The position numbers and the translations under genes were made by a program. DNA of 64,000 nucleotides from Bugula neritina (Eukaryota; Animalia; Bryozoa), in assembly GCA_964035545.1 (NCBI GenBank), contig OZ037765.1:23249504-23313503 (forward strand), given 5' to 3'. Under the pieces are notes generated by a model. That model worked only from the letters and a program-made list of their open reading frames with translations, was not told the DNA's origin and did no database searches. This document shows, in pieces, positions 1-13,073 of this stretch. The first letter of the stretch is position 1, and each line of letters begins with the position of its first letter.

Positions 1-902
1 GTAGTCTTATAGAAGGTTGTATTTCTATGCCTTACACATATCAATATAATGTTTTATGATGCACTCACAACTTGTTGGGCAATTTAGTCAGTAGTTGAAC
101 ATTATAATTTGAAAATATTTTTTGCTTTGCTTTTTCCTGTTTCTGTGTCATTATAGTATAATAATGTAATTTTTGTATACTACTTCAGTAGCATTATTGA
201 GTATGGAAAGATAAATGGAAAACCTTATACTTGCTTAAGGCATGTCATGTTAAAGCAGAAGTGTCTAATGACATTTACATAGTAGGAGAAAAAAATATCT
301 TGGCTTAAGAGTTGTATTCCTAACCAAATTTATTTTATAGTAAATTGTTCAATGTCTTTAATTATTTCACCAGCCACTTAATTTTGACGTTACAATCTAA
401 TGAAGAAGATAGCTAGCAAAAATATATATAGCTGGCTAGCTAGAACCTCTGCTTATTTAACTTTGTTTTTATGGGTCGTTGTTCAGATTACTTATATACA
501 CTCCTTCTGATGCTTTTATAACTTAAATTTTGGGAGTTGTGTACTGTATCTACAAATATAAAGGAGTTAATGTCTTGCATGTTTTAGTTACTTTTGATTG
601 TTAGTTTAAATTGAAGAAAATCTAGTAAAATGTTTAGAGCTTTAAGAATGTTGTCCTATAATAGTGATTCTAAAGGGAACTTTGTCTTAGAAGATCTAAC
701 AGCTAACTTCTAAAGGCCTTTTTTTGGGGGGGAGGGGGGGGAGCTGTGTTCGAAGATTTTATTATTGAGATGTCGTCCTATAAGTCTATGAAACATGTGA
801 CATATCAAATACTCACCCCTGCATGTTGTTCATAATGGGTCAACTAAATTATCTATGTTTCTCTGATCTATTCTTAGACTGCTAATAAATATAACATTGT
901 AG

Positions 903-3900
903 TTTGTCGAGATGAGAGCCTGTCAACTGAAAAATTTCTGTCTAAACTAAATTCAAGTCACTGGTTGGACTTTGTAAGAGATTTAATGATCTGCGCATGT
1001 GTCGTGTCTACCTACATCCACAAGGAAGGTAAATGTTAGCCGTGTTCAGTTCTATATCACTTTAGCCACTATGTTGTGCATTTAACAAGTGGCATTTCCA
1101 TACATGTATCCCAATAAGAATTAGGAGTAATATAATCTTTGTATGTGTGTTGTTAAAGATGTATTCTTGATTGAATTGCAGATGCCACAGTATTGGTTCA
1201 AGGCTCGTCTGGCACTGATAGGGTGCTACAAGTTTCTAGTCTGGCACAAGTGATTCTAGACCCTGACTGTCGCACTATTAGAGGGTAGGTCTGGCTTTCA
1301 CTCAGCTTGTGAAGTACTTGATGCGATCTTATAAGGCTAATAGTTGTACCATACATGCAACCAGAATAAGTCTTGAAATTTTCATGGATGCTAGATTTAA
1401 ATTTAGTTTATGTGTGCTCAAGGTTTGAGGCGCTGATAGAAAGAGAATGGGTGCAGGCTGGCCATCCTTTCAAAAGCAGGTGCTGCAAGTCTGTGTATTC
1501 TAAAACTGACAGCAAGTTTGAGTCTCCTGTTTTCCTAGTCTTTCTTGACAGTGTGTGGCAGGTGAGAGAATATCTACAGTATTTGCCTGATATTTACAGA
1601 TTCAGAGTTAAAGATAGCAGCTGTTGTCTAAGGGTTAGAGCGTTGGGTTTAGTAAATACAAAGTCATAGGTTAGAACCCCGGTAAATACCATTGATTATG
1701 TTAGGAAGAGCATCCAGTCATAACTGCTCCCGTGCCCCATATGAATAAATCCTTAGCCTGCTTTCAAAAAAACCTTTCCAGCTGGTGTGTCTCACAGGGA
1801 TAGTGATCATAAACTTACAGTGAGTTTATAGACTCAGATTTAAATTATGTGTTCAACCCTGATCGCTACTCTTGCTAGTGGCACAGATTACAGAATTTTG
1901 TTATGAGTTAATACTGATAGTACTTTAAAGACAAAGATGCCTGTTTACTATCGTAAAGCTTTTGGTTGTGTTGTAGATTTGGCAACAGTTTCCATGCTCC
2001 TTTGAATTCAATGAGGAGTTTTTAATCCTGCTGTTTGATAATGCTTACTGTTCGAAATATGGTGAGTCAGCCCAATTATGGCAATTTAATTTAGCTGAAT
2101 TAATAGCATGTGTACATAGCCTTTAAGAACACATAGTTGTTAAAAATCTAGAAATTACATGATTTCTTTTACAATAAATTTTAGTTGTAACTGGCGTAGT
2201 TATTTGAGTGTTTTCTGTGGCATATTTGGTATCTTTTTCTTCAATATGTTGATGTTTCAAATTGATTTAATTTTTTGTTAAACTGCAGTAATTTCAACTT
2301 TTTCTCATCAACTTTTAGAATTCAATATGCCTACTTAGAATTCTTTTTTCTAGAATACCTATTCCTCATGGAGACAGCTATTGTTCTGTTTAAGTTTTAT
2401 ACTATGTATATACTATATACTTATTTACTATATCTCCGGTATTTTGTATCATATAAATGTTTCAGGTACATTCCTTTGCAACAATCAAAAAGAGAGAAAG
2501 ATGAACAAGTTACATGAAAAAACAATTTCTTTATGGTAACAATGTTTTAATGCTAGCAAAATAATTTTTCCAGTTTAACATGCCTAATCTGTTGAGTCTA
2601 CTGTTTTGCTGGAATTGCACTTGCATGTTGTAGTATATATAGTTTATTCAGCTGATATTTTCTCACATGTAGCTGTGAAAGTTTGTGTAGTAAATATACC
2701 ATTGCTTAAACAGGAGCTACGTGAACCAGCCAGACTTTCTCAAGACCTACCTCAATCCTCTGTATGAACCCAACTCTGATGTCATATTTCCTTCTGTTGC
2801 CCCACAATCTTTGGTACGTCATGTTTCAAATTGGTAATATAGAGACAGCTTATTGCTGAAACTTTATTTTAATCTTTTAATCTTACCTGTAGCACCAGGT
2901 GTATAAATTGACATTACGCTATTTTATAGTGTCTGTGGAAGCGGCTATACATGAGGCATCAATTGGATTTGTCTTCTCACACAGAAATGTGGGAGAGAAT
3001 TAAATTTACTAAGGAAAACAACTTGGCACTACAACTCCGAACGAGTCGTCTGAGAAGGTATTATACACAATGGTTACGTGCTTCCATTATGTTCAGCTGC
3101 CTTCAACATGGCAATGATGTTTTCTGTGTTAAAAACTGAACGCGTAAAGCTATCATTTTTAATGCAAATACTTGAAGCTAATTGCAATTGGTTTTAATTC
3201 TAAGCTTTATCTGCTGTAGTTGGTTGGTTTTTCTCGTCTTAATTTTTTACATAAACAATCGCTGTGTGAGAAGACTCGAGAACATACTAAATAATTGTGA
3301 TACCATGCTGTTAATTTATTCAATGCTTATTTGTTGTGAGGTTTAACATAGTATCTGCCCTACATCAAGTCAATGAAATGAATAGAATTATAAAATATTA
3401 CCCTAGATGCAAAACTTACAAATGATAGGGCAGTAATAAAGCTGAATTTATAGGCTGTGTGGATTATGGTTGAGCAATGCTTTAGAAGTGAAACGAAAAT
3501 CTCAATTGACCAAAAAGTTGAAAGACTAACTCTTTCTGAAAACAATGACATGTCATAAATCACCTCTTGTTTATTTTGCTACACGCATTTAGAATATTGA
3601 AAACTCTCCAGTGTAAAGAATTATAATACGTTCCATGCGTAAACTGTATTATAAAATTCACCCCTACACATAATTCGTTATGATCTAAGGAAAAGTGAAA
3701 GCACATAGTTCTATAATTAAAAGGCTAATAAATTATTATATGCTTGATCTACAATATTTTTGATGATAATTTGTTTAATATTTTCAAAATTAAAATTAAA
3801 CAATTCTAAGGAAATTTAATTATAATAAATACACAGCATTCGCCCTATGAACTAATTAGTCGATAGATAATTTGTAATTTACACACAAGTACATCTGTAC

Positions 3901-4107
3901 TAAATTTTCATGCTATTTTTTGCCTAGTGCAAAATACTAGTGGTGAGCTTTCTTCACATCTAATGTGTTCCTACTCCTTCACATTAACATGTCTTTTGAT
4001 GTAATCATAAAATTTCTTCCTAAAGGCAAATTGATGCTCTGAGTAAAGAGTTGCAAGAGGAGGGAATTTCTATACACGATGCTCTTGTTAGAAGTACCGG
4101 CGAATAA
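903..4107 (+). CDS. MTMR9: Myotubularin-related protein 9-like pseudophosphatase, 3' part (5' exons not identified, probably upstream of window). Exons approx. 903-1029, 1182-1284, 1423-1561, 1977-2061, 2466-2535, 2714-2813, 2930-3057, 4026-4107
   Basis: GT-AG exons join into myotubularin motifs: [72 protein letters not shown], then a C-terminal coiled coil. The P-loop reads VLVQGSSGTDR instead of VHCSDGWDR (no catalytic Cys), as in MTMR9. Confidence 0.88.
1630..1815 (+). mobile_element. tRNA-derived SINE, possibly V-SINE-like
   Basis: Degenerate tRNA-like head (ggttagaacccc, B-box-like) followed by AGGAAGAGCATCCAG. A related copy lies at 17180-17335. Confidence 0.5.
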
Positions 4108-5226
4108 GTGTTTGCAGAGTTGTCTCCTCTCCATTGCCATTAAATTCAACTACTATTTAATTGGCACATAATAAATATCATATAGATTACCCTAAAATCT
4201 TTGTAATAATTCCACCTTTGTTGCCGTTATTTTGTTGTTGTTATATATGTTTAAATTATTACCAGCATTCACAAACATTTAATATTGCAATATTAGAACC
4301 AATGCATATTTATGCATGGTTGTATGTGACAAGATTTGTTTATAATTTTTGTTATTTTTATCAGATGTATGGACTAATCATTTTATGTCATAGACCTGTT
4401 GTATGAACTAACTATTGAAATCGATACAAAAGTTATCATACTTGATATGTGATGTTTTGCACCAGGTTTTTAACTTTTCCTTATAACTACTAAATCAATA
4501 TTTTTGTGAAATGAAAATATAATTGTTGTATTTTGATAAATATAGACCTTTAGTAGTGATATTTTTTACAACCTGGTTTATTGTAAACACGATATTTCTA
4601 CTATTATAGATTGTTTAAAAACGAGGCTGAGTGAAGAGATGTTGAATATATTTGTAATATAATATAATGGTGATACTAATAATTTTGCTATGAACTTCGT
4701 TTGTTCATAGCCAGGAATATGCAGCTAATAGGTAACACAGTTGAGATTGCCATTATGAAAACATTTAGTTATTTGGGCTTTTTGACAAGTTTTAATGAAC
4801 TGTGGGAGAACTGTCAGCTGAAAACTCATTCATGCTCAAGCAAGATGAAAATAATATAGATTTGTATCTAATTTGGAATTACTTGCCTTTTTTAAAATCT
4901 GTTTAATGAGTAAGCAACTTTAAAATAGTATCTTTCGTAGCAGTTTACAACATTGTATCGGTTGCATTATACAAAATTACGCCATTATGACATGTCATAA
5001 GTTAGGTGATCCCCCACTCTTCACAAGTGGAGGTGCGAATGTTGTCTCTTCGGAAATTTTCAATGTTAAAAATAGAACTGAAAATTAAAATGCGCTGATA
5101 ACACATTAGGAATTAATTACCTTCGACATTCTTATTGTAAAAGTTAATTTATTAAAGGTGTTATTGCAGTCTTCCTAAATGAGTATTGTTCATTTCTGTA
5201 TTTCAATTTTTACTTAAACTTTCTCT

Positions 5227-8200
5227 ATGCCAGATAAGCGTCCATATCCTTTAGGTCAGCCTAAAAAACGTCGCCTAACTGAATTGAAATCAGGGTAAGT
5301 TGAATAAATTTTCTCCACACTAATAGTACTAGTAGTAGTCCAGTATAAGTATTAGTATTACTAGTTCTAATGGTAGTCAAAATTTCAATGAAAATGATAA
5401 ATAGTACTGTTAGTGTGTTATCATTAGCATTATAAAATAAAAGCGCCTACTTCATACCAATTTACCATTACCTGAGCAGTGTCAGTGTGCTTGAAGTGAG
5501 TGACTGCTTGGTCTTGTAGTTGTACAGGACACTAACAGCAACAGTAACCTGCAAAACTAAAACTAACAGAAAATCAAAATATATAAAACTAATTAGTAAA
5601 TACTATTAGTATTATCACACTTACACTGTTATTAAAATTTAGCGTTGTTCATGTTGACATCTTCCCCTCGCAGCTAGATTAATTATCAAACTGCAACCTT
5701 CATGTAAGTTCTACAATCATAAAAAAAAAAGTTTATTTGTTCTCATAAACATGCTCCACCAAGCGCCTTGTATTTATCGGCAACAGTTGGTTAAATAATC
5801 ATTGGGGGGGGGGGGGGGGGGCAGTTGATGGCTAGAAAACTAAGAGACGGGTTAGGGATCATAGAAACTGCCAAATGAGTCAATGCAATATGATCCTAAT
5901 GGGCTGTGGCAGTCTGTATTCCATAGACAACTATATCATCGAATTATGTAGAAGAACCAGGCCTTAAAACTAGCAAATTAAAATTGCTTGCTTTTTATTA
6001 TGATACAAGTTTTAAATGTTGATAAATAATATATGATAACTTTTTGAAAAATTCAAATATGAGTACATTAAATTACTCAAATAATAAACAAATTTTTGTC
6101 GTTATTTTTTTAAATAAATTTTGATAGTGCACTTAATTGACTAGAGGGCTTTGTCCATACTTTAGCCACAATCTCGATAGGTAAAAACACTATGTCAAAG
6201 TCGAGTTTCTACTTAGTATTAGCATTTGATCTGCAGTGGAAACGGTTATGCCATTATCACTTTAATATAACCGTCGAAAAAATTGGTAGTTGATTACTTT
6301 AAATTTTTGGAGTAGAGTTGTGCTCTCTATAATAGTTTAAATTTGATTATAAAATGTTGTTTATTTTTAGATGCAGTAATGACGATTTCGATAGTGACAT
6401 AATTGACGTAACTCCTGTAAAACAACGGAGAAAAGAAGTTCCATCAGTTGTTAATAATTTCAGCAACTTTTTTAAAAGCATTGGCGAATGGTTTAAGAGA
6501 ACTAGTCAACACAACACTAGACTTTTTGGAGTTTTACCAGAAAGCAACAGTGCTGAAGCAGCCATAGCTCATGGTGGTCAGGTATAATCATTAACATATG
6601 ATGTTGCATACAGCTTTTAATTATTATTACTTCTTCTTGGAAATTGACTTTTTAAAATTATAAATATAGTTGTATGAATCACTATCCATTTGGTGCGCTT
6701 CAACATTAAGAAATTTATTAATTGAACAGTTTTCAATATTTTGATCTGACTCTTCTATTAAATTGGACAATTGTTAAACATAGTTTTGATAGACATTTTT
6801 CACATGCTAAATTTTAATAATAGTTCATTGTTTTCATTGTAAATTCAACTTTAAAAAAAAGAAATTGACCAATATTATGCTATTTTTTAGTATTTAGCTG
6901 ATGCTAGTACTGACAAGTTCATGCCTACTCTGAAAACCAATGGAAACGGTAGTCAAGTTATGCAGAGCGGTCACAATATTTCACAGGCTGCGGGTATGCA
7001 ATCTCTATATATGGTATTCTCATCTCATATGTTTGTTTTATATGCAGAAGTATTAACATGTTATAATATCATGTATTTTGTAATCTAAAAAATACTTTGA
7101 TTTGCTTGCATTTAAAGTTTTGAATATTTCATCACTTTTAGCTGTATTTGCTAATGGATACGGGCGCTACGAAGAATCATTAGCCTCCAATACAACCATT
7201 GGCAAAGAATCAGTTATGTTGCCATCAATATCTGAAAATATGTGAGTACAAATATCTTCACTTACTCTCTTTTTTCTGTCACAGTTTTCTGTCCGGCCTG
7301 CTGCTCATTTTCATACCTTCACAAGATTATAAATGGAAACTATTTATGTAGGTCTAACAAATGTAAAGATGGCAAGTATAACCAAAATACCTTGATGAAC
7401 TATGGTTTACCAGAAAGTTCAACCATGGGCCACAGGTTTGTAGAGCTTTTTTCATACATATATGTTTAGTCACATGTGCGAATGTTGAAAGCTGCTAGGT
7501 TTTATGATATAAACATTATATAGAATTTATTTCGATATCATTCAAGGTTAGTATATTGATATTAAATAGTTTCGTCAGTTGTACTTTTAGTCTATTCCAT
7601 GCAGAACTTCTCATTTATTTTTCATTTTGATGGAATAATGTCATTAATTTTTTCTGACTGAGTTGTGTTTCTGAAAACTTTTTGAATTTAGGAATGAATT
7701 ACAAAGCTTCTAGCGCATTTAATATCTGTTAATTTTATTTCTTGGTGCAGCTTTGAGCCAGAAGAGCAGATAAATGGTGCACTACATCAGAGTTACATAG
7801 AGCAGGCTGCCAAGAGAAGTGGTGATACCAGCAGAGTTGGTGCGGACAGCTCTGCTCTCAACTCCTCTGTCTATGATAAACATTATAATGATGTCAATCC
7901 TCTTTTCCCAATGTTCAACTTTAATAAAGTTACTAGTAATAAAACTGACAAACAGGTGAGTGTTTATGTAGCATCTGCTGGAATCTATACCTGTATGTAT
8001 TGATGCGCAAATTGTAAAAAAAAGTTTCATGATAATAATATTGTAGTTTATAAGGGTTATAATACAGTCATCATTGGTTCTGATACATTGAAATTATATA
8101 GTTTTACTCCCTTTTGAATTGCTATTGTTATGTAGATCTCATTTGACTTGGAAGAGAAGGAAAGATACCGGAGGTTATTGGAACAATATACTGTGAAAGA

Positions 8201-11200
8201 TGAGGCAGCATCTCCAAACACCATTGCTGAGATTCGGCGCAGTTCTTCAGCCTATCTCGCCACTCATCCAGGCACGCTCTCTGAAGCCCTATCCCGCGGT
8301 CAACAAATGTAGGTTTCTATTTTGTATTCTATTTCGATACATTGGTTTTTGAAATATTGATCACCATAGTAATAATACTTGCAAAATGTATGTACTTAGT
8401 CAGTACCTTTCCTTATGCTGCAACAACTACATTTATATGACCTATTGTTGTTGAATATTAAGTAAAATATTTTCTTGATTTTCTAATTTTAGAAGAAAAA
8501 AGTTCAACATTCGACCACGGCTTCCTCTACAAGACCAGCGACATAGTTTCAATAGTTTGTCTCCAGAAATTGATGTCTTCCCCAGCACACGACTAGAATT
8601 TTCACGTCTAAATGATACTAGAAAGAAAGAAGGTCCCACCAGCACTCCACGAAAACAAAGTTGGTGAAAGCTTGCATGTAGTTTAGTACAGTGTATTTTC
8701 TAGTATATACTCAATAGTCAGGATTAGTATACATGTACATATTCTACAGCTAAAGAAATTTTGTGACGTTCAATATCAAACTCACATGTATTCATTTAGT
8801 TCTGATTAATTTACTTTCCATGTGTGTTTATTTGTTTCTGCAATTAATATGCACATATTTTATTGGACATGCACTCGCAAACATAGCTATCCTGTTGAAT
8901 GTGTGAAGCAGAATGTGTCATATTATAGTTTTTATGCCACCTTGCAAATTGTATTCTTAGAAAGTTTGAGCCGTATTAAACTGTGTCGAAAGATATCATT
9001 CTGGTCTTGCTTAGTCTTGCATAATGTGATACTTATGCTCTCCTATATTGGGATTAAATTTTCTGGTCACAGTCGATCCAGCTTTCTAATGGTATAAGAA
9101 ACTGCCAAATACCACGCAAATAATACCTTCTGCTTTTGTAGCCAAAACTCACAGTGTGCAGCCCACAGTCACTCAGCCATCCGAGATCGCTAAGAAATGT
9201 GATCACCTAGTCAAAAAAATGGAAGAATTGTAAGATCTTTTTCTACTGCACCCAAGTTTATATTTTCATGTTTCTCTGTTCAATATACTCATGTTATGTA
9301 ACTTAATTTCAACATTCAAATTGTAGAAAGGTGCGAAGTTTAGCTAGGCTGGCCGAACAGAAGCAACTCAAGGCTGAAGAAATCAAGCTCGCGCAGTGGG
9401 AGAAACTGGTAAGAATTCTGTAATAGCTCATTAACATTATATTCACCTGTGTGATTTGAGCGTCCATCATTCTACTTGTTTATAACATCATTGTTTTATG
9501 TTAGAGAGCTGAAGAAGATGATCATCTGGAAAAGATGGTGCAACAAAGACTTAAACTTAGTGCTAAGGTTATCCTTGAGGATTTGCCTCCACCTGATGTA
9601 GAAGAATTTGATGAGTTTCCAGGTTTGTTTCACACTCATGCATATATGTTCTCTTTGTAAACATTTCCCGGCGACAGTATATACCATTTTTTAGTTTTGA
9701 CTTGAAATGTTTGCAGTCTATCTATAAAGGCTACTTTGAATGAGTTTTATTTGATGGTATGCAGATATTGAGTTTAGTTCTTTAATCTAGACGTTTTCAT
9801 AATACCACATGATACTGCATTTTTGACACATTCCCCGATTTTGTGTTTTCCAGTCTTTCTAGACTTCACAAACACAATGGTTGCATGACTGACTAGACTA
9901 GAAATATATTCCTCTCAGCCTGTCAGTATTTACAAATATTATTTTTAGAATTAAGTGAAGAAGCAGAGATGGCAGTAGCAAAAGCGTGGCAAGGGAGGCC
10001 TGACAACATTCTCTCCGAGGCTTTCAGAATGCGAATAAAAGGAGCCGATTTACGTACTTTGAGCTCTTTGGAGTGGCTCAACGATGAGGTTAGAGAACGT
10101 TTTCATAGTTACATCACAAGTCAACTGTGTAGAGTTAATAGACTCTTTTCAGAGGTCCTGATATCCCCTTTACAATTGAGAGTTGTGTCCTCCCAAAGTG
10201 AATAGATTGACCTTTGTAGAGCAAACTCATTAAAAATTTAAAGTTTGGCTGTTACTTAAAACTCTAATTATGTTATATAATTGTTCTTTTAGGGAGTAGA
10301 TATTTTGGTATAAGCACTTATATTAGCAGCTCAAAAAAATTTAAAATTATTGCTTCATGAAGCGCATTTTTGTGGTTTTGGTTACTGGGCAATGCTGAAG
10401 TGGCGCTTCAGCATTGCTCAACAACCAAAACCACAAAAATGCGTTTAATTTTATTTTGTTTAACAATTTTAATTTTGAGAGGACACAACTCTTAATTGCA
10501 AGGGGAATATTGGGGACCTATAAAACGGGTCTATTGTTGGGCCCTATAATACCAGTCATACTCACTACCAGTCATACTCACTACCAGTCCTACCCACTAC
10601 CAGTCATACTCATTACCACTCATACTCACTACCAGTCATACTCACTACCAGTCATACTGATTACCAGTCATACTCACTACCAGTCATACTGATTACCAGT
10701 CATACCCACTACCAGTCATTCTCACTAATACATGCGCACTTTCATTTATTATGTAAACTAGTAAGTTTGTTCAGCTAACTCTAGCTTTGTTAACCTTTGC
10801 AGTATGAGATGCCCAGGTGTTGCGCTGTTCCTAAAACTAATATTCACAAAACTAAATTTAAATGTGGCATGTCTATAGTGAGGTTCAACTGGTGATGTAA
10901 TCACAGTGACTAAATGGCTCACTCTTTAATAAGCAAATTTAGTGCTGTAAATGTTTGAACTGTTGGCATGCTATGTTCTTCATGTTGAAATAATAAAACT
11001 AGGTTTGTGATTAATGAATCAAGGAATAGTTGAAAAAAACATTAAATTAGCTAGCATCTACTGAGAGGATTTCTATTTTCATATCTTCTATTTTTAGATT
11101 ATAAACTTTTATTTTAATCTCATACAAGAAAGAAGTGGAAACAATAACTTGCCGTCCGTCCATGTTTTCAACACCTTCTTTTACCCTAAAGTTTTGAAAG

Positions 11201-12299
11201 AAGGCCATAAAGGGGTTCGTAGATGGACTAAGCAGGTTGATTTGTTTAGTAAGGACATTATACTCGTCCCTGTTCATCTTGGAGTGCACTGGTGCTTGGC
11301 TGTAAGTTTTTCTGAGCTTCAAAATGTTATTCTAAATGTGTGTGGGCTTTTAAAACTTGTTTTTATTTCAGGCTAAAATATTTTATTCATCAATGTTTAT
11401 TTTTCAATCTTGTTATTTAGTGTTTAAGTAAAAGCATTTCACTGAAATAATGAAAACAATGATTTAATTTTGTTGGAAAGTAGACTTGCATTTCATGCGC
11501 CAAGTTTCTTTTGCATGGCATGCTATATAAAAACTAATGCGTTGACAACCTACTTTAGTTTTCATCAACATTTTATATGTGCACACATTATATATCATAT
11601 GTTGAAATTATTTATTTTTGTTGACAGTGCATAAATTTAAGAAAAGGTTTGATTCAATATTTTGACTCAATGGGTGGAAGGAATCAACAGTGTCTAATGG
11701 CTCTTAGAAAGTATATTGAAGATGAGAGTATAGACAAGAAAAAACAAACCCTCGACACTTCTCAATGGGTTTTAGAGTGTGTCCAGGTAGTTATTCATAT
11801 AATCCTTCATCAGGGAGGGGTTGTATATTCTTCAACTTGTGCAAGAGCACCATTATCTGAAGCTGCTGTCATGATGCAACTCATTTTCTCATACAGCTCC
11901 TTTTCACATATTTTTCTTTTTTGTCCAGATGTCATCTATCTACTTTATGACCATTTTCTAATATTTCTGACCACATATCCCTACATATCTATACCCAATT
12001 ACTTGCTCAAGGAAATACCGATTGCCACAATATAATGATGTATTTCTAGGGTATTCCACAGCAAATGAATGGAAGCGATTGCGGAGTGTTTGCCTGTAAA
12101 TTCGCAGAATATCTGAGTCGGGATGCTGACTTTACATTTGGACAGGTAACCATCTCACAGTCGCTCACTTCACTTTGATATTGTTTAAAAGTACCATGTA
12201 TTTATTCCCTTATACTATTTTGCATTTTGTTTTTAGGAGCACATGCCATATTTCCGGAAAAGAATGGTTTATGAAATTCTAACCAAAAAGTTGCTCTAA
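5227..12299 (+). CDS. SENP1: Sentrin/SUMO-specific protease (SENP1/2, Ulp1 family, peptidase C48), multi-exon
   Basis: Starts [16 protein letters not shown] (NLS-like). Catalytic-domain exons give LEWLNDE|[36 protein letters not shown] (His), QYFDSMG (Asp) and [12 protein letters not shown] (Cys). Ends [21 protein letters not shown] at 12299. Confidence 0.92.
10137..10535. mobile_element. MITE in SENP intron
   Basis: ~60-bp imperfect TIRs (aatagactcttttcagaggtcc... / ...ggacctataaaacgggtctatt) flanked by a GTT direct repeat. Internal ~80-bp hairpin at 10363-10443. Confidence 0.75.
10550..10728. repeat. 16-bp minisatellite (ccagtcatactcacta)n, about 11 units
   Basis: Directly visible tandem array. 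Confidence 0.95.
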
Positions 12300-13073
12300 T
12301 AGCCAATGTTTTACAATGTATAGTTAACTCAGCCCCAATCATATTATACTGCATGTTGAGGCTGCAACATTTCATTAGTGTCGCTGAGCGTTACTTTTAG
12401 TGCTTACAGCTACAAGCGGAAATCTTACAACGTTATAACACTTTGGTGGCAACTAGCCATTGCTATATCATGTAATTATATTTATTTACGAAACATTTAA
12501 CAAGATGAAGCTTTCTTTCCATTGTACATAGTTATAAATTGGCATTAGAAATATTGTACAGCATTAGCTTATTTTACACTCATCACAGTTAAATAGTTAC
12601 TAATTTGCTCTGATATTTTTATACCAAATAATAAATAAATTCTGTTGATTATTCATAAAATTTTAGCATGGCGCACATTTCTTCATCACATGACTTGTAT
12701 TAGTTACATGCAGACTATACATGTGACTCAACATGTTAGACCTCTAAATAATCTCCATACATCTACACACTAATACCAAGTAGAAATAAAGCCATATTAT
12801 TACTTGCTATCTTAGCAATGTTCTATATATTAAAATATAACTTGCATTTTTTTCTAACCACTTGTAAAAGCACAATAATGACATCAGCTAATATAATATA
12901 GTATTTGAGAAAACAGTTAGCGGCAGTCATTGATCTTTCTATAGTACTCTAGGTATAGGATTTGTGATGACGACAACTATTAATACATCGTGAAAATTAC
13001 AAGATCTGTGTGGGGAGGGTAGAAATCAATAATATTACATATTAATGGATATAATAGCACAATGAGCTGGATG

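Noticed and set aside
1182-1284. Loss of the catalytic Cys in the myotubularin as a novelty
   Set aside because: Expected for the MTMR9 subfamily.
5804-5821. Poly-G tracts (also ~726-741) as G-quadruplex elements
   Set aside because: Simple intronic homopolymers with no further support.
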